DNA from: Candidatus Aenigmatarchaeota archaeon
GTDB lineage: Archaea; Aenigmatarchaeota; Aenigmatarchaeia; QMZP01
Length of the DNA: 21,730 nucleotides
Reading direction: 5' to 3'
Assembly: GCA_039091855.1 (NCBI GenBank)
Contig: JAWCLA010000010.1
Coordinates: forward strand, 1-21,730
Numbering within the stretch: position 1 is the first letter of the stretch; each line of letters begins with the position of its first letter. Positions 17,669 through 21,730 of the stretch are shown piece by piece. The notes under the pieces are model-generated. The model did not search any database and was not told the DNA's origin. It worked only from the letters and a program-made list of their open reading frames with translations. The position numbers and the translations under genes are program-made.

Positions 17669-17963
17669 ACTGCTGTCCATAGGTCCGTTTATGTAATTGG
17701 ACTCATGGCAGTGGTTAATCGATTTATCCCAACATTCCCTATTAAGTGCGGATGCACATGGGAGTAAGTTGGGATGATTCCGTTCTTCTTTTTGCCAAAA
17801 GCGGATGACCGACATCCTATCTCCGGCTTGAATTCCATTGGATTAATTCTAACCGAAGGTCCGGGAATGCAGAATCTAAGCCCATGGAGCGCAATCCATT
17901 CTGTGTTTCCGGCTTCGACTCTGGCCGGATAAAAGATATTCTGCTCCCGGACCTACCCAGCCC
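17669..17963 (+). ncRNA. Unassigned highly structured RNA (~295 nt)
   Basis: Many helices, e.g. ACTGCTGT/ATGGCAGT, ATCCCAAC/GTTGGGAT, AGGTCCGGGA/TCCCGGACCT, GCAGAAT/ATTCTGC, TCCGGCT/GGCCGGA; G-U wobble pattern favours the + strand. Confidence 0.55.
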
Positions 17964-18029
17964 AAAAAAATAACTTAACTTTTGTTCGAATGGGTTTAAA
18001 TTGTTTTTCAATGGCAAAAAGGTGATGGT

Positions 18030-18206
18030 GTGGAAAGAAAGATGGAAAGGGAGCGGAATAATAGGTTGGTTTCAGAAGCTGAACTGCCAAACGAGTATGA
18101 AATAAAGAGCGATTATTGTTATTGTGTGGTTTGCTACATCAGGGATATTTGTATAAGGGATGGGTACAGGTGCTTTGTAAAAAACCTTGAATGGGAGGTT
18201 GAGTAA
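18030..18206 (+). CDS. Cys-rich microprotein 1 (58 aa from GTG, 54 aa from ATG 18042)
   Basis: SD-like GGTGA at 18021-18025; ...DYCYCVVCYIRDICIRDGYRCFVKNLEWEVE; stop abuts the next ATG. Confidence 0.6.
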   Translation: MERKMERERNNRLVSEAELPNEYEIKSDYCYCVVCYIRDICIRDGYRCFVKNLEWEVE

Positions 18207-18347
18207 ATGCCTGGAATAAGGATTAATGGAAGGAGGTTTGACATAACCTGCACGCCTGAGGACTGCTATCTGTGCTCACATCTTTCTATTTGCAGGCTTG
18301 GGGTTTCGACTTTGTGCACCGATTCGTGTATAATCAGAAAGATGTGA
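18207..18347 (+). CDS. Cys-rich microprotein 2 (46 aa)
   Basis: SD GGAGGT upstream; MPGIRINGRRFDITCTPEDCYLCSHLSICRLGVSTLCTDSCIIRKM; ends 2 nt from the convergent pfdA stop. Confidence 0.65.
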   Translation: MPGIRINGRRFDITCTPEDCYLCSHLSICRLGVSTLCTDSCIIRKM

Positions 18348-18349
18348 AA

Positions 18350-18772
18350 TTATTTCTTTTCCTTTGAAAGCCTTTCTATTTCCAGAATCAGGCTGTTCAG
18401 CCTCGCTGCTGTGTCATTTATCTCCTTCTGGAGCTCTTCGGTTATCTTATTCAGCTCTTCCCTTTTCTCCTCTATCAGGGTTTTTGCCGATTCTATGTCC
18501 CTTTCCAGGTAAACCCCTGCCCCCACGTCAACAAGAAGCCTTCCTGTTTCGGAAAGCCTTGCATAAGAGAAAACGCCGCTTCCTATTGGGACAAGGATGT
18601 CGTTTCCTTCCTTTGCTTTTTCTATATCCTTCAGGGCTTCCATTGTTGTTTCCAGCTCCAAGTGTTTCCTGTCAATGATTGCAGCCTCCTGCCCGAGCTG
18701 CTCAAAATGCTTCTCAACAAGCTGGTAAAGTATGACCTTTTCCTGCAACTCCTTTTCCTTGTTTTCAGTCAT
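18350..18772 (-). CDS. pfdA: Prefoldin alpha subunit
   Basis: Coiled coils flanking ILVPIGSGVF and LLVDVGAGVYLER. Confidence 0.95.
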   Translation of the reverse strand: MTENKEKELQEKVILYQLVEKHFEQLGQEAAIIDRKHLELETTMEALKDIEKAKEGNDILVPIGSGVFSYARLSETGRLLVDVGAGVYLERDIESAKTLIEEKREELNKITEELQKEINDTAARLNSLILEIERLSKEKK

Positions 18773-18802
18773 AATGAACTTCTTGGTTTCGTGGTTTATA
18801 AG

Positions 18803-19144
18803 CTAAAGCATCTTCAGCCTGCCCGTAACCCTGTCTATCCTCTCTTCTTCTGCTGGACCTATGCCAACCGCTGTTATAGTTCCGGGTTTGAGGTGCGTCC
18901 TGCCGGCATCCCTTATAAGTGAGCAGGGAAGCTTAAGTGACTTGGCTTTCCTGTGGACTTCAAGAAGCTCGTTCAGGCTTTCAACCTTTACTACTACCTT
19001 TTTTGAGCCTTCCCTCTCCCACTCCTCCCTGACCGACGGGCTGGATTTTTTGTAAGAGTCAACAGAGGCGTGGGCAACCTGAACTGCAAGCTTCCCCTTG
19101 TCAAGCTTCAGGTCCTTCCTGACAGCAATAACCTGCTTGTACAT
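18803..19144 (-). CDS. pth2: Peptidyl-tRNA hydrolase 2
   Basis: KQVIAVRKDL..KGKLAVQVAHAS, KKVVVKV, IRDAGRT, TAVGIGP, TGRLKML. Confidence 0.97.
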   Translation of the reverse strand: MYKQVIAVRKDLKLDKGKLAVQVAHASVDSYKKSSPSVREEWEREGSKKVVVKVESLNELLEVHRKAKSLKLPCSLIRDAGRTHLKPGTITAVGIGPAEEERIDRVTGRLKML

Positions 19145-19367
19145 TAATCAGAATTTGTTTCAGGTTAATAAATACGATGTCCATCGTTCACAACTTACTT
19201 GTGGATGAGTGAATAGCGCTTGGATATAGACCTAAATTATTATAAACTATTTATTTTGGTTTTAATTTTTTGCACTGAGAGAGAGAAATCAAATAAACCG
19301 AAAAACAAATAAAAATAAGGCTTGGGGAAACCTCCCCTTCTAAAAACCTAAAAGAATGACTACGGAA

Positions 19368-19802
19368 TTACACAGCTGTTCCTGTCAGCCTTCCTGTTGC
19401 CACTCTGTCAAGCGTGCTGCCTGCAACCCTGTATGTTACTTTTACTTCTTCTGAAAAGCTTGCTCCACTGCTTTTTTCGGTGCATGGTGTAAGTGCAAAC
19501 GAATATGTAGATCCTGGTGATATAGGTTGTGAGCCGGTCCATTCGCTACAACTTGTTGAACTGACATTTGATACGGTTATGTCTTGCCCGACACCATTTC
19601 TTAGGACGATGGTGAATGTGGTTCCTGAATATTGCCAGTCTGCCGGTGCTTGAAGCTCACCAAATCCTGTTGCTGCCCTTCCTGTGTAAGTCGAGGGATT
19701 GAAAACACCCAGGGCAAAAAGCGCTGCAGCCACTATTATCACTATCAGTATTGCCCATCCGTATGTCATTAAATATTCCATTGCTGACTGTGCTTTCTTC
19801 AT
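19368..19802 (-). CDS. Type IV pilin-like protein with class III signal peptide
   Basis: MKKA|QSAMEYLMTYGWAILIVIIVAAALFALGVFNP, then a Ser/Thr-rich beta domain with two Cys. Confidence 0.88.
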   Translation of the reverse strand: MKKAQSAMEYLMTYGWAILIVIIVAAALFALGVFNPSTYTGRAATGFGELQAPADWQYSGTTFTIVLRNGVGQDITVSNVSSTSCSEWTGSQPISPGSTYSFALTPCTEKSSGASFSEEVKVTYRVAGSTLDRVATGRLTGTAV

Positions 19803-19840
19803 ATTATCCTTTAATTATTGGCTTAACCGCTATATAAATA

Positions 19841-20794
19841 TTACTTTGGAAGGAGGCTCCCGAACATTGAGTTTATCACAAATCCTGTAAGGAAATATAT
19901 GGCAAGAGCTGTCACAAGGAGTACGGGAATGTATTTTACCCCATCCCTTTCCTTTCCGGAGCTTATGAGCCCTATTATAAGTCCGCCGAAAAATGTTGTT
20001 ATAACTATTGCTATTATGGAGAAGATGAAAAGGAATTCCTGGGATATCCCGAGGCCGAATTTCATATGAAGAGGGACTTTTGATGTTATGTCTTCTGGTA
20101 TTGCCATGCTTGTGCCGAGCTTTGATATAGTTCCAACGAGGAAGGTTGAAAGTGCGTACAGCACTGGTGCTCCTATGCAGCCGGCAAACCCTATGAATAT
20201 TGCGTACATCATTATGTTTGCCCTTACCTCCTTCTTTATTGCCTCCTTCCTTCTTATGTCTATTGCAGTTTCCTCAAAAAGCGAAACAAGCTGCCCCCCT
20301 GCCCTTATTCCCTTTGTCACAAGGTTAACCGTTGTCTCAAGGACATCGGATTTTATAGTCCTTGTCATTTCCTTCATGCTCTCCTGAAGGGACTTTCCTG
20401 TCATCATCTCCTTCCCTGCGTTCTTTATTGCCTCTGAGAGGGGACCGAATTCCTTTCTTGCGGATAGCATAAGCGCCCTGCTTGGTATGAAGCCTGCCTT
20501 TATGTTTGCGGCGACAAGCTGTAAAGCGTCGGGAAGTATGTTTTCAACGAACCTTGTCCTTCTTTCAACAGCAAGGTATAGAAGCCCGTGGAAAAAACCG
20601 AACACCCCCACAAAAATCGCTGGAAAAACTATCCAGAAATATTTGTATGCAACAATACCTATAAGCAGGCTTATGGAAAGGCTCACCATAAGGGAGGTGT
20701 AAAAGAAATGGCTCGGGGATTTCCTGCTTCCCGAGAATGTTATGAGTTCCTGGACCTTTTCCTTGTATGCCCGAGGCATAAGCTTGTAAAGCAT
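19841..20794 (-). CDS. Pilus assembly membrane platform protein (TadC / type II secretion F domain)
   Basis: ENILPDALQLVAANIKAG, EFGPLSEAI, GGQLVSLFEETA.D, several TM helices; lies between two pilins. Confidence 0.88.
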   Translation of the reverse strand: MLYKLMPRAYKEKVQELITFSGSRKSPSHFFYTSLMVSLSISLLIGIVAYKYFWIVFPAIFVGVFGFFHGLLYLAVERRTRFVENILPDALQLVAANIKAGFIPSRALMLSARKEFGPLSEAIKNAGKEMMTGKSLQESMKEMTRTIKSDVLETTVNLVTKGIRAGGQLVSLFEETAIDIRRKEAIKKEVRANIMMYAIFIGFAGCIGAPVLYALSTFLVGTISKLGTSMAIPEDITSKVPLHMKFGLGISQEFLFIFSIIAIVITTFFGGLIIGLISSGKERDGVKYIPVLLVTALAIYFLTGFVINSMFGSLLPK

Positions 20795-21040
20795 AATTTA
20801 TTATTTGTTGTGCCAGTAAATAAAGAAATTCTCTATATGGCTGTTAAGAAATTAACTTTGGAAATCCAGGAATGATTGGAGATCTGCGACCAGAAATGAA
20901 AAGTCGGTTGACTCTGCTGTTTCAGGCCAACCTCCAAGCCCTTCTCTCAAAATCCAGAATTAAGCTTCCGGGACCTCTATATGGATTTATATGAAATTAC
21001 TGAAAAGGTAAAAGAGTAAGGAAGGAAAATCCTGTTGACT

Positions 21041-21084
21041 TCCAATAAATCACCCCGCCATAAATGGCGGAATTATTTATTGGA
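21041..21084. repeat. 44-nt imperfect palindrome
   Basis: TCCAATAAAT/ATTTATTGGA enclosing CCGCCAT/ATGGCGG. Confidence 0.7.
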
Positions 21085-21157
21085 CTGCAGAACGGCTTTT
21101 TAGAAAACATAAGCAGTTGTTGCTAATTTATCAGAAAATCAGGGTTTAAGTTGATTT

Positions 21158-21583
21158 TTAGCCCATTCCCCTGATGTTGTAGGAATAAAGAAGGTCTTGC
21201 ACTCCCGGGCATTCCTTTGACTGTATTGTTGCCTGATCCAAGTCAGAGCCCACGTTATTCATTGTGAATGTCCTTATGTCTCCTGCTGTCACATTTTCCA
21301 GCATAGTTGGATACTTTACTACAGTGCCGTTTTTGTATGTAAGTATTCCGTAAAAGCTGAGTGGAACCTTCCCGTTATTGAAAATTATTAAGTTAAGGGT
21401 ATGTGTTACTTGGTCGTATGTGCCTCCCTGTATGTAGGCACTTGCCTCTGAGCAGAACTGTATCTGGACTCTCTGTCTTGTTGCAAAATTAGTTGTCCAG
21501 GTTGCCAATATGCCCGCTATTATCATTGTGAATGCTATAAGCATTATAACAGCAATAAGCGGGGATATTCCTTTTCTTGCCAT
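21158..21583 (-). CDS. Archaeal pilin/archaellin-like protein with class III signal peptide
   Basis: MARKG|ISPLIAVIMLIAFTMIIAGILATW; LIIFNNGKVPL; two Cys. Confidence 0.88.
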   Translation of the reverse strand: MARKGISPLIAVIMLIAFTMIIAGILATWTTNFATRQRVQIQFCSEASAYIQGGTYDQVTHTLNLIIFNNGKVPLSFYGILTYKNGTVVKYPTMLENVTAGDIRTFTMNNVGSDLDQATIQSKECPGVQDLLYSYNIRGMG

Positions 21584-21730
21584 AATTTCCTTTTAATTTA
21601 TTGTCTTGCCTTGCTTATAAACTTAACATCTTAGGCTTTGCCAATTTAACTCTGGAAATCTGAGGCATTAGGGATACTTACTGCTCAGATTTACTCGAAT
21701 CCTCACCAACTAACCAGGAAATCCCAGAGA

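Noticed and set aside
17669-17963. tRNA, RNase P RNA, SRP RNA, group I intron or cobalamin riboswitch
   Set aside because: Only fragmentary resemblances (AAGATAT, ACAGAA on the - strand, AGGT/ACCT closure). No cloverleaf could be assembled, and GAGGAAAGTCC, the SRP CAGG-GNRA-AGCA helix and a P7 G-binding site were not found
21630-21730. 3' end of a gene entering from the window edge
   Set aside because: Only short open frames; cannot be assigned

Overview
Archaeal chromosomal window, most likely DPANN (inferred from the fused PriS-PriL primase, bacterial-core LeuRS, EYLMTYGWAIL-type pilin and CxDSDGG surface domain). Most of it is housekeeping: Hel308 helicase, acylphosphatase, LeuRS, a primase-GINS-L44e-S27e-aIF2alpha-SRP54 cluster, L18e-L13-S9-S10, prefoldin alpha, Pth2, two class III pilins and a TadC/T2SS-F protein. 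The unusual content is non-coding. (1) tRNA-Gly(GCC) and tRNA-Leu(CAA) are each split by two introns (37/38 and T-loop 59/60), and the tRNA-Leu anticodon intron holds its own strict bulge-helix-bulge (BHB), suggesting a nested intron. (2) A ~295-nt structured RNA behind a TATA box can form two mutually exclusive long-range folds, overlaps a leaderless 35-codon ORF and precedes two Cys-rich micro-ORFs. (3) A 42-bp direct repeat with a hairpin triplet abuts tRNA-Gly. (4) The rps10 start region is duplicated, creating a 27-codon uORF. All calls come from manual reading; no searches or folding programs were run.
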